A DNA stretch of 64,000 nt. Source: Anaerolineae bacterium (lineage in GTDB: Bacteria > Chloroflexota > Anaerolineae > Aggregatilineales > Phototrophicaceae). A program made the position numbers and the translations under genes. Each line of letters starts with the position of its first letter. The first letter of the stretch is position 1. The stretch spans positions 7,427 to 71,426 of the forward strand of contig JAPKMO010000001.1 in NCBI GenBank assembly GCA_026645945.1. The letters run 5' to 3'. This document shows positions 1 to 8,196 of the stretch, one piece after another. The notes beneath the pieces are model-generated. The model was not told the origin of the DNA. It saw nothing but the letters and a program-made list of their open reading frames with translations, and searched no databases.

Positions 1-2
1 CC

Positions 3-380
3 GAAACCGGACGCAGCCGCTCAATCGTCCACTCGGTCGGTTACGTGGCATCGGCCAGGACAGAAGCGCCAGAACTGGCGGCGAACCTGATTCTGTATCT
101 GGTCAGCGATGAAGGCCAGAAGTTCTTCGCCGATGCGGGTGGGGTGGCTCCCGCCAACCCGGCCATGCAGGAGCGTTGGGTGGAATCGTTTGGCGAAGCC
201 GGCGTGAACATCCAGGCGTTCGTGGACGCGCTGCAAGATTCGCAGGGTGTGACGGTTTTTGACGAAATCTGGGATAAAATCAACACCGAGCTGGTGGTGA
301 ACATCTTTGATCTGGGCATGAGCGTCGAAGAAGCGACCCAACTGGCCTGCGAATTCATTGATACGCAGCTCCCGCAGTAA
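3..380 (+). CDS. Carbohydrate ABC transporter substrate-binding protein, C-terminal part (5' truncated by window edge)
   Basis: Frame is open from base 3 (ETGRSRSIVHSVGYVASART...) to TAA at 380. SBP-like C-terminus, followed by two carbohydrate ABC permeases. Confidence 0.8.
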   Translation, partial: ETGRSRSIVHSVGYVASARTEAPELAANLILYLVSDEGQKFFADAGGVAPANPAMQERWVESFGEAGVNIQAFVDALQDSQGVTVFDEIWDKINTELVVNIFDLGMSVEEATQLACEFIDTQLPQ

Positions 381-404
381 ACCTTTCATCGGTTTTTCCG
401 CATT

Positions 405-432
405 GGGGTGGGTTAAAAAACCCGCCCCTTTT
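405..432 (+). terminator. Stem-loop with U-tract between SBP and permease genes
   Basis: GGGGTGGGTT-AAAA-AACCCGCCCC followed by TTTT. Confidence 0.6.
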
Positions 433-438
433 CTGTGA

Positions 439-1380
439 ATGCCGGCCATGTGGAATGCTTTGCTCAACCAGTTCGGACGAACACCGTTAACCCGGCGCAA
501 AGCTCTGTGGGGGATGGCGCTGGTCGCGCCTAACGTCCTGGGGCTGATGTTTTTTTTCGGCGTCCCAGTTTTGATGGCCTTTGCGACCTCGCTCCAGCAG
601 TGGAACGCCGTTAAACCGCCGGTTTTTGTGGGGCTGGATAACTTCAGCCGGTTGGTGGGGGACGCGGCCTTCTGGCAGGCGCTGGGCAACACGGCCAAGC
701 TGCTGTTGTTAACCGTCCCGGCGGAAATTTTCCTGGCGCTGAACGTGGCGGTTATGCTCAACCAGCGGCTTCGCGGGCGGGGCTTCTTCCGCACCGTGTA
801 TTTTCTGCCGGTCGTCACCTCGACGGTGGCGGCGGCCATCGTCTGGACGTGGATTTTTCAGCCGCGCTACGGGCTGGTGGGCAATCTGCTCGCGCCGGTG
901 GGTCTGCGCGACCAACCCTGGCTGACCCGCCCCGATCTGGTGCTGTTCCCGATCGCGGCGGTAACGGTCTGGCAGCGTTTGGGTTTTGATATGGTGCTGT
1001 TTCTAGCCGGGTTGCAGGCCATCCCGCGCGTGTTATACGAGGCGGCTATCATTGACGGCGCGAAAGGCTGGCAGCGTTTTCGGTTTATCACGCTGCCGCT
1101 GCTGTCGCCGACAACCTTCCTGGTGATGGTGCTGTCGGTCATCAATGGTTTTCAGATTTTCGACCAGGTGTATATCATGACGGCGCGCACGACGCGCGGC
1201 GGGGTGGGGGGCAGCGCCACAACGCTGTCGTATTTTCTATACCAGAGCGCGTTCGTCCAGTCGGAATTTGGATATGCGTCAGCTGTTGCGCTGGTGCTGT
1301 TTTTGATTACGCTGGGCGTGACGGCTGTTCAACTCCGAATGCAGCGGCGGTGGGTTTATTATGAAGCGGGGGAACGATGA
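439..1380 (+). CDS. Carbohydrate ABC transporter permease (MalF/UgpA type)
   Basis: Multiple TM segments; EAA motif LYEAAIIDGAKGWQRFRFITLPLL. Confidence 0.92.
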   Translation: MPAMWNALLNQFGRTPLTRRKALWGMALVAPNVLGLMFFFGVPVLMAFATSLQQWNAVKPPVFVGLDNFSRLVGDAAFWQALGNTAKLLLLTVPAEIFLALNVAVMLNQRLRGRGFFRTVYFLPVVTSTVAAAIVWTWIFQPRYGLVGNLLAPVGLRDQPWLTRPDLVLFPIAAVTVWQRLGFDMVLFLAGLQAIPRVLYEAAIIDGAKGWQRFRFITLPLLSPTTFLVMVLSVINGFQIFDQVYIMTARTTRGGVGGSATTLSYFLYQSAFVQSEFGYASAVALVLFLITLGVTAVQLRMQRRWVYYEAGER

Positions 1381-2243
1381 ACGTCCAGGCGACCGAACGA
1401 CCACCGGCCTATACTGATCTGTCCGTGTCGCTGAAGATTGTGACGTACCTGATGCTGGCGATGGGGGCGGTAGTGATGGTGATGCCTTTCGCCTGGATGG
1501 CCTCGACAGCCTGCAAGCCGCCCGCCGAACTCAGCACGCTGCCGATACGCTGGATTCCGCAGAATCCAGCGTGCATCGAAAACTTGCAGCAGCTTTACAA
1601 AACTTCGCCGAACTTCAGCCGGTATATGTTAAATTCGGCCATTATGACGGTTGGGCGCACACTGGGCCAGCTCGTGACGTGTTCGCTGGCGGCTTACGGC
1701 TTCGCGCGGTATCCCTTTCCGGGGCGCAACGTGATTTTTGCGCTGTGCTTGGGGCTGTTGATGGTGCCGTTCCAGGCTATTCTGATACCGGAATATCTGC
1801 TGCTGCGCCAGCTTGGCTGGCTGAACAGCTTCGCCGCGCTGATCGTCCCCGGCGCGTTCAGCGCCTTCGCCATGTTTTTGCTGCGGCAGGCGTTTCTGCA
1901 AATCCCGCTGGAACTGGAAGAGTCGGCTATGATTGACGGCGCGAACCCGCTGCAAATCCTGCGGTTTATCACGCTGCCGCTGTCCGGCCCAGCGCTGGCG
2001 GCTTTCGCCGTCATCACCGTTCAGGCGGCCTGGAACGACTTTTTGTTCCCGCTGGTAGCGGCCAATACCCCGGATACGCGCGTCGTCACCATCGGCATCA
2101 GCCTGCTGCAAGGCGAACGCAGCACGCCCTGGAATCTGCTGATGATGGGATCGTTCCTGGCGACGGTGCCGATGCTGGCGCTGTTCGTGATGCTCCAGCG
2201 ATATTTTATCGAAGGCGTGGCGATGTCCGGCATTAAGGGTTAA
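1377..2243 (+). CDS. Carbohydrate ABC transporter permease (MalG type)
   Basis: EAA motif LEESAMIDGANPLQILRFITLP; ATGA overlap with the upstream gene. Confidence 0.92.
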   Translation: MNVQATERPPAYTDLSVSLKIVTYLMLAMGAVVMVMPFAWMASTACKPPAELSTLPIRWIPQNPACIENLQQLYKTSPNFSRYMLNSAIMTVGRTLGQLVTCSLAAYGFARYPFPGRNVIFALCLGLLMVPFQAILIPEYLLLRQLGWLNSFAALIVPGAFSAFAMFLLRQAFLQIPLELEESAMIDGANPLQILRFITLPLSGPALAAFAVITVQAAWNDFLFPLVAANTPDTRVVTIGISLLQGERSTPWNLLMMGSFLATVPMLALFVMLQRYFIEGVAMSGIKG

Positions 2244-3633
2244 GCGCCGCGCGTATCTGCCCCGCCAGGCTGCGGGCGCGGGCGGGCGCATCGCCGATGT
2301 AGTCTTCGGCATGGAGCAGCGCGCGCGTTTCTTCGGCTGGCACAAAACGGGCGAGCGATTCGTCGGCGCTCAGGCGGCCGGCCAGCGGGTTTGGCTTCCC
2401 CTGGCGAATTTCCTCCCAGGCGGCCAAGCTGTGCTGCCGGATGACCTCGTGAAGTTCCTGCCGGCTGCCTCCCCGGCGGACGGTTTCCATCAGCAGGCGC
2501 TCGGTGGCAGCGAACACGCCATAGGTGTCCAGGGTGCGGCGGACGGCGGTTTCATCAATTCGCAGCCCGGCGACGATGCGCTGCGCTCGCAGAAACAGTT
2601 CGTCGGCGGCCAGGAATGCCTCCGGCAGAATCAGCCGCCGGTTGGCGGAATCGTCCAGCGTGCGTTCCAGCAGGCTGTGGGCGGCGTTGTCCCAGGCGGC
2701 GCGGGGCAGGGCGGCCAGAAAACGCGCCAGGCTGTCCAGATTTTCGGCATGGATGGGGTTGCGTTTGAACGGCATGGCCGATGACCCCACCTGCGCTGCG
2801 CCGAACGGTTCAGCCCATTCGCCAAGCGGCGGTGACTGAAGCAGCCGCAGATCGAAGGCGAAGCGGTAGATGGTCATGGCCGACCCGGCCAGCGCGTTAA
2901 GGACTTCCCAATCCTGGCGGCGTGGATAAGTTTGTGTGGCGATGGGGAAAGCCGGCAGGTCTAAAGCAGCCATCACGCGGGATTCCAGTTCGGCAGGCGT
3001 CATGGCCGTGCCAGCCAGCAGGTGGGCGTAAGAAGCCCGCGTGCCGACCGCGCCTTTCAGCCCCTTGCCGCGAATCTGCCCCCGCGCGCGCCGCAGGTTT
3101 TCATAGTCGGCCAGCAAGTCCTGGGCATACCCGGCCAGCCGGTAGCCGATGGTGGTCGGTTCTGCCGGCTGCAAGTGGGTGAAGGCCATACACACATGGT
3201 CGGCCTCGCTTTCGATGCGGTCGGCGAGGGCCAGCAGCAGCGCGCGCAGCCGGTCAAGCAGCAGGTTTAGGCCGTCGCGCAGGCGCAGAGCATCGGCATT
3301 ATCTTCGATGTCCGCGCTGGTCGCGCCCAGATGAATGATGCCGCCGCCGATCGGACACTGTTCGGCGTAACAGCGAATTTCGGCCATCAGGTCGTGGTGG
3401 ATTTCGGCTTCGATTTGAAGCGAACGCTCCAGATTAATATCGTCCTGGCGCGCGCGTAAATCGGCGGTCTGCTGCACTGTGACCAAGCCGGCGGCCTGCT
3501 GCGCTTCGGCCAGCGCCACCCAGATGCGCCGCCAAAGCTGCCGCTTGCGCGCTTCTGACCAGAGCTGCCGCATCTCCGGCGAGCCGTAGCGCCAGCTAAA
3601 CGGGCTGAGGAAAACATCGTGCGAGAAGGTCAT
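2233..3633 (-). CDS. purB: Adenylosuccinate lyase
   Basis: Fumarase/ASL signature GSSAMPFKRNP; HLGATS and TH(LQ)PA motifs; N-terminal SPFSWRYGS. Confidence 0.9.
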   Translation of the reverse strand: MTFSHDVFLSPFSWRYGSPEMRQLWSEARKRQLWRRIWVALAEAQQAAGLVTVQQTADLRARQDDINLERSLQIEAEIHHDLMAEIRCYAEQCPIGGGIIHLGATSADIEDNADALRLRDGLNLLLDRLRALLLALADRIESEADHVCMAFTHLQPAEPTTIGYRLAGYAQDLLADYENLRRARGQIRGKGLKGAVGTRASYAHLLAGTAMTPAELESRVMAALDLPAFPIATQTYPRRQDWEVLNALAGSAMTIYRFAFDLRLLQSPPLGEWAEPFGAAQVGSSAMPFKRNPIHAENLDSLARFLAALPRAAWDNAAHSLLERTLDDSANRRLILPEAFLAADELFLRAQRIVAGLRIDETAVRRTLDTYGVFAATERLLMETVRRGGSRQELHEVIRQHSLAAWEEIRQGKPNPLAGRLSADESLARFVPAEETRALLHAEDYIGDAPARARSLAGQIRAALNP

Positions 3634-4982
3634 GAGCGTTTTTGCAGCAGGAAGGTCGGCACGATTGAGCCGCCGCCGGCGGTTACGTTGAGCAGCGCCA
3701 CCGACGACAGCCGCGTGAGGCAGCCGTGTACAGTGTGGCCGTAAAAAACATAGGGGTTGGCGTCAATGAAGCGCGGGCTGATGTCGAGCTTGCCGTCAAT
3801 GATGGCCGGGAAGTCGCGGTAGATCGGCTCGACACGTTCCTGAACGACGTGCGGTGTGGTGAGCGCCTTTTGCAGCGCGGCGTTCCAGTTTTCGGCGGTG
3901 GTTTCCCATCCCAGTACCACGCCGGAACCGCCGTATTCGTCATTGGGTTTTAAGACGAACTGCTCGCGGTTTTCCGCCACGAAAGGCAGCAGGTCAACCT
4001 CCTGGTCGTGATAGGTGGTTTTACGCTCCGCCACGCGCCGCGTCCAGGGGATGTGCGCGGCGATGGAGGCACGCTGTTTTTCGGTGAACAGGCGTGCGTT
4101 CTGTTCGTCACTTAAAAAGGCCAGGCTGCTTTTTTTCGCCAGCAGTTTGGCACTGAAGGAGTTGGTCATATACACGGCATGATCCTGCACCGCCCGCACG
4201 ATGGGGTTGTGAATGCCCATATGGTGAATCAATTCGCTGCACAGGACTCGTTTATAGATCAGGTCAATACGAAAAGCGCCCGCCCACAGATGCCCTCCGC
4301 GATATTCCAGGCCGCGCGGGTCGGCCAGGATGACGCGGACGCCGTGTTCCTGGAAAAAGGCGCGGATGATTTCATGTTCGTTGAGCGTCGGCACGTGTCC
4401 CCAGTCCACAATGGCGATCTGAGGGATGCCCTGGCCGCCCCAATCACGGTAGCCGCGCATGAGCGCCGCCAGCAGCCGCCCCTGCATGGGCATACTCTGG
4501 ATGGCATAAACTTTCAAAAACTGTTTCATGGGTTCCAGTTCCATAAACAGTTCGGCCAGAATATCTTCGTAGCCCATGCCGGCGGGGGTTTCGGCATTGT
4601 ACTCGACAAACTGCAAGCGCCTTTCGTGCGGCAGGAAAAACGAATCGAGCCTTGAGGTCGTCCAGGGGACTGCCGCGCCGATGTCCGCGTTAAAAAGCTG
4701 CTCCTCGTAGACTTCCAGGTCAAGCTGGGCGCGCAGGTTCGCATCGGCGGCGCAGGCTTCGTGGGCTTTGGCGAACGCGCCGAGCAGAATTTCCGTTTCC
4801 TGCTGAAGATATAACCACTGCTCTTGGAAATAAAAATGCGGGCGCAGGACGGTACAGATAGGCCGGTCGCCGAAATACAGGCCCAGCGGTTTGAAACGGC
4901 TGAAAAGCGCCTGGCTGGTTTCCAGCGCCAGCGGTTCGGTCAGAATGTCGTGGTAGGTGTCAATGGCTTCCTGGAGCAGCAT
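3630..4982 (-). CDS. Circularly permuted ATP-grasp (type 2 / GSP-synthase-like) peptide ligase
   Basis: SRLDSF...FVEYNAETPAGMGY, FVLKPNDEYGGSGVVLGW, HVVQERV. True start inferred at ATG 4982 (MLLQEAID), 5 nt after the upstream stop. Confidence 0.8.
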   Translation of the reverse strand: MLLQEAIDTYHDILTEPLALETSQALFSRFKPLGLYFGDRPICTVLRPHFYFQEQWLYLQQETEILLGAFAKAHEACAADANLRAQLDLEVYEEQLFNADIGAAVPWTTSRLDSFFLPHERRLQFVEYNAETPAGMGYEDILAELFMELEPMKQFLKVYAIQSMPMQGRLLAALMRGYRDWGGQGIPQIAIVDWGHVPTLNEHEIIRAFFQEHGVRVILADPRGLEYRGGHLWAGAFRIDLIYKRVLCSELIHHMGIHNPIVRAVQDHAVYMTNSFSAKLLAKKSSLAFLSDEQNARLFTEKQRASIAAHIPWTRRVAERKTTYHDQEVDLLPFVAENREQFVLKPNDEYGGSGVVLGWETTAENWNAALQKALTTPHVVQERVEPIYRDFPAIIDGKLDISPRFIDANPYVFYGHTVHGCLTRLSSVALLNVTAGGGSIVPTFLLQKRS

Positions 4983-4987
4983 CGGGA

Positions 4988-5974
4988 TTATTCCGCGCCT
5001 CGGCTCGCTGCGGCGGTTTTTTTGCCTTTCAGCAGTTTGGCCCACACGTAACGATCCAGCGTGCGTTCGTTCGATTTCGCCAGCCGGATTACCATGTCGG
5101 CCATATGCGTGACCATCCAATCGAAGTTTTTGCGCCCCAGCGAGTTCACGTCCATGTCCGGCGCGGGATTCATGTATTCGATCACGTAAGGCAGACCGTC
5201 TTTGATGGCGAACTCGACGGCGTTCATATCGTAACCGACGGCCTGGCAAAGCGTGATCGAATCGCGCACCAGACGGTCATAAAGTTCCGGCGAAAAATCG
5301 TGATCGTCGTGGTAGTGTCCCTGGCCGTCCTTGCCGGGTTTGTATTTCATCACATGGACATCCGACCCGCCCAGGCAGTAACAGCGGGCGTAGTTATCCC
5401 ACTGGATGTACTCCTGCAAGATCATTGTTCGCAGGCCGCTCTGGTTGTAGCGCCAGATCAGCTCGGCAATCGAATGCACGATGTACACTTCTTTCCAGCC
5501 GCCGCCGTGCGCGTCCTTGAGGACGCAGGGCGTCCCGCCGATCTGCTCGACGAGGTGGTTCCAGTCAAGCGGGTATTTAAGATTACGCAGGCTTTCGTCG
5601 TGGACGATGCCGGGAACATAATCTTTATTGGGCAGCACGATAGTTTTTGGCGAAACGACGCCGAGTCTGGTCGCCAGTGAGGCATCGAAAAATTTGTCAT
5701 CCGCCGTCCACATAAACGGGTCGTTGATAACCTTGACGCCCTGAAGCACCGCGTTTTTGAGATATGAGCGATAGTAGGGGACTTCGTGGGAAATGCGGTC
5801 AATGATGACGCGGTACGGGCAGGGATCGTTCATCATCGTGCCGCCGACTTTGACATATTCGGCGATCACGCCGGCCTGACGCTGATTCACTTCTTCGATG
5901 AAGGCCGGCGGCCAAGACCATTCTCTGCCGACAAAGAGACCAACCCGCAGGAGTTCCTGAGCCTTTTTCGCCAT
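4988..5974 (-). CDS. RimK/GshB-like ATP-grasp ligase
   Basis: IIDRISHEVPYY, DDKFF, VLKDAHGGGWKEVY, MILQEYI, AVEFAIKDG.PYVIEYMNP ATP-grasp motifs. Confidence 0.82.
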   Translation of the reverse strand: MAKKAQELLRVGLFVGREWSWPPAFIEEVNQRQAGVIAEYVKVGGTMMNDPCPYRVIIDRISHEVPYYRSYLKNAVLQGVKVINDPFMWTADDKFFDASLATRLGVVSPKTIVLPNKDYVPGIVHDESLRNLKYPLDWNHLVEQIGGTPCVLKDAHGGGWKEVYIVHSIAELIWRYNQSGLRTMILQEYIQWDNYARCYCLGGSDVHVMKYKPGKDGQGHYHDDHDFSPELYDRLVRDSITLCQAVGYDMNAVEFAIKDGLPYVIEYMNPAPDMDVNSLGRKNFDWMVTHMADMVIRLAKSNERTLDRYVWAKLLKGKKTAAASRGAE

Positions 5975-6014
5975 ATCGCTCTCCGAAACAAACAGTAATC
6001 TTTGAGGTGGTTCA

Positions 6015-6023
6015 ATTATATCA
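6015..6023 (-). promoter_or_regulatory. Extended -10 promoter element (TG-A-TATAAT) upstream of the RimK-like gene
   Basis: Plus-strand ATTATATCA equals minus-strand TGATATAAT, about 40 nt upstream of ATG 5974. Confidence 0.5.
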
Positions 6024-6069
6024 GCGGCGCTCGAAAATGCTTAATGGACAAACGGAAAAGAATGAGTTT

Positions 6070-6183
6070 GATAGACAGTGGGCTTAAGCCCACTGTCTCA
6101 GTTTTAGCTTACTGTCTCAGTTTTAGCCCACTGCCTCAGTTTTAGCTCACTGGCAGCGGGCTTCAGCCCGCTGTCCACTCAGG
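6070..6183. repeat. Composite REP-like element: 26-bp perfect palindrome, three 19-bp tandem repeats, second hairpin
   Basis: AGACAGTGGGCTTAAGCCCACTGTCT (6073-6098); ACTGYCTCAGTTTTAGCYY x3 (6092-6148); CAGCGGGCT-TC-AGCCCGCTG (6154-6173). Confidence 0.85.
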
Positions 6184-6216
6184 ATCAGGCACCGTCTAAT
6201 GGGTTTATCCATGAGT

Positions 6217-6936
6217 TCAGTCGTGACCGCTGATGTACAACAGCATCATCTTCTGCCAGAAGGGCCAGTCGTGCGCCCAGCCGTCCCATTCGCGCAGCGC
6301 ATTGCCGATGCCCTTGTTCCATAACAGCGCGGAAAAATCGCGCGCCTGCTGGATGAGCCGGTCTTCCCGCCCGGTCGCCATGATGATGTCCAGCCGGCGC
6401 AGCAGCGACAGCCGCCGGTCGTCGTATTCGGCGGCAATGAACTGCATCGGATTGTTGAAGAACACGTAATCGTCGCTGTAGCCGCCGGTGAAGCCGCGAA
6501 TATCGTACAGCCCGCTGAAGGCCAGAATACGATTAACCTGATCGGGATGTTTGAGGCTGAAGGTCATGGCATGGTAAGCGCCGAAACTGGCGCCCATTGT
6601 GATGAGGAAGGGATTATCGTTCTTTTTCAGCATGAAGGGCAGCACTTCGTTGTACAGGTAGCCGTCGTACTGGGCGTGGCGGTAAGCGCGCCCGCCGGGG
6701 TGCGCCCACCAGTTGTACCAGCTTTCGGAGTCAATACTGTCCACACAGAAGACGTGCAGCCAGCCGTTTTCGAGATGCTGGCGCAGCGCCGCCATCATGC
6801 CCCGGTCTTCCCACTCGTAAAACTTGCCGCGCGAGGTGGGAAAAACGAGGACACGCGCTCCGGCGTGTCCAAAAACCAGCAGTTCCATATCCCGGTTGAG
6901 CGCCGGGCTGTGCCAACGGTGATATTCTCGATTCAT
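6217..6936 (-). CDS. Alpha/beta-hydrolase fold esterase
   Basis: Nucleophile elbow GASFG, C-terminal WAHDW His; family N-terminus MNREYHRWHSPAL. Confidence 0.88.
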   Translation of the reverse strand: MNREYHRWHSPALNRDMELLVFGHAGARVLVFPTSRGKFYEWEDRGMMAALRQHLENGWLHVFCVDSIDSESWYNWWAHPGGRAYRHAQYDGYLYNEVLPFMLKKNDNPFLITMGASFGAYHAMTFSLKHPDQVNRILAFSGLYDIRGFTGGYSDDYVFFNNPMQFIAAEYDDRRLSLLRRLDIIMATGREDRLIQQARDFSALLWNKGIGNALREWDGWAHDWPFWQKMMLLYISGHD

Positions 6937-6948
6937 CAGTTTAGTCGC

Positions 6949-8094
6949 TCACGATAGGCCGGCTGCCACCATCACCGCTGCGGCTGCATTTAAGACGCCA
7001 CTGCCCTGTTTTTCGGGCGGCACATTGGGCAGACGCCTGGCGGTTTCGGTCAGAATAGCGCGGATTTGGCGCGGCGTCAAACGCGGGTTGGCTTCCAGCA
7101 TTTGCGCGATGACCGAAGCGACAATTGGCGCAGCGACCGATGTGCCGTCTACATGCTGGTGAAGCGCGTCTACGATCTTGTGCGCGTGGATGCGCTGTTG
7201 AAGCAGCGCGTAGGTGTTTTCGTCGGCGTTCAAAGCGGCATCGCGCGGCAGACCGAGGTCGCGGTAGCCGCGTTTGAGCAGGTGCAGGATGCGCGCTTCG
7301 TCCGAGGTTTCAAGCAGGGGGGCCAGCCAGCGCACTTCCCGCGCAGTCGGCGATTCCGGCAGGATGGGTGAGGCGATCCAGTTGGCCGTCGCCAGGATGT
7401 CCGGCTTGCGGCTGCCGTCGTAAACCCGCCCGTAGTTATGGTGGTAGAGCGTCCAGAGCGTAATATCCCGCGAGTTATGGTCGTTGATACCGCCGACCGT
7501 GAGAGCATCGGCGGCGCTGGCCGGGGGCAGCACATAATCGGTATCGCGGTTGCCTGCCGCGACGACGACATTGAGGCCGGCTTCGGTCAGCTTGCGGACG
7601 GCGCGGTGAAGCGGATGATCGGGGTCGGCGCTGGCGAAGTCGCCGCCGACCGAAATATTGACCACCCGCACCTGAAAGCGGCGGTGCGTATCCAGCAGCC
7701 AGCGCAGGCCGCGCAGGATGTCGCGTTCTTTGATCTGGCCTTTGGGCGTGCTGACCTTGACCAGGACGAGCCGGGCAGCAGAGGCGATGCCCCGGTATTT
7801 GCCGCCGGAAGCGCGCCCATCGCCGGCGGCGATGACGCTGGTCATCTGCCCGTGCCAGCTTAAATCGCTGACGGTGAAGTTTGACTTTTGTTCGATGACG
7901 TGGTTGGTCGAAGCGTCGGCATGAACCAGAATGCGGCCTTCCAGGTCGGGATGGGGATAAAAGCCGGAATCGACAAAGGCCATCACCACCCCGCGCCCGG
8001 TGTAGCGGGACAATGCTCCAGTGCGCTCCGGCGTGGAAAGCAGAGCCGGGAGGCCAGTTTCGGAGAAGGGATAGTTGGGTGTGAAAAGCGGCAT
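6949..8094 (-). CDS. S8 (subtilisin) family serine peptidase, apparently cytoplasmic
   Basis: Triad motifs FVDSG (D), WHGQMT (H), DGTSVAAP (S), oxyanion AAGN; no hydrophobic signal peptide. Confidence 0.88.
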   Translation of the reverse strand: MPLFTPNYPFSETGLPALLSTPERTGALSRYTGRGVVMAFVDSGFYPHPDLEGRILVHADASTNHVIEQKSNFTVSDLSWHGQMTSVIAAGDGRASGGKYRGIASAARLVLVKVSTPKGQIKERDILRGLRWLLDTHRRFQVRVVNISVGGDFASADPDHPLHRAVRKLTEAGLNVVVAAGNRDTDYVLPPASAADALTVGGINDHNSRDITLWTLYHHNYGRVYDGSRKPDILATANWIASPILPESPTAREVRWLAPLLETSDEARILHLLKRGYRDLGLPRDAALNADENTYALLQQRIHAHKIVDALHQHVDGTSVAAPIVASVIAQMLEANPRLTPRQIRAILTETARRLPNVPPEKQGSGVLNAAAAVMVAAGLS

Positions 8095-8196
8095 ATTTAC
8101 AGGTGGTTTCGTCGTTGGGTTTCAACCTTTAGGCTATACCAAAACGCCTGGAAATCAATCCGGGCCTTTTGAATTATTGCTGAATTTTACCAGCAG

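Noticed and set aside
4983-5249. N-terminal extensions in the ORF track (3630-5249, 8197-9501, 46443-47597, 50881-52575, 42270-43271)
   Set aside because: The extensions overlap neighbouring genes or promoters. Downstream starts with RBS and family-typical N-termini fit better.
6092-6148. Possible CRISPR array
   Set aside because: The 19-bp units are head-to-tail with no spacers, and there are no cas genes.
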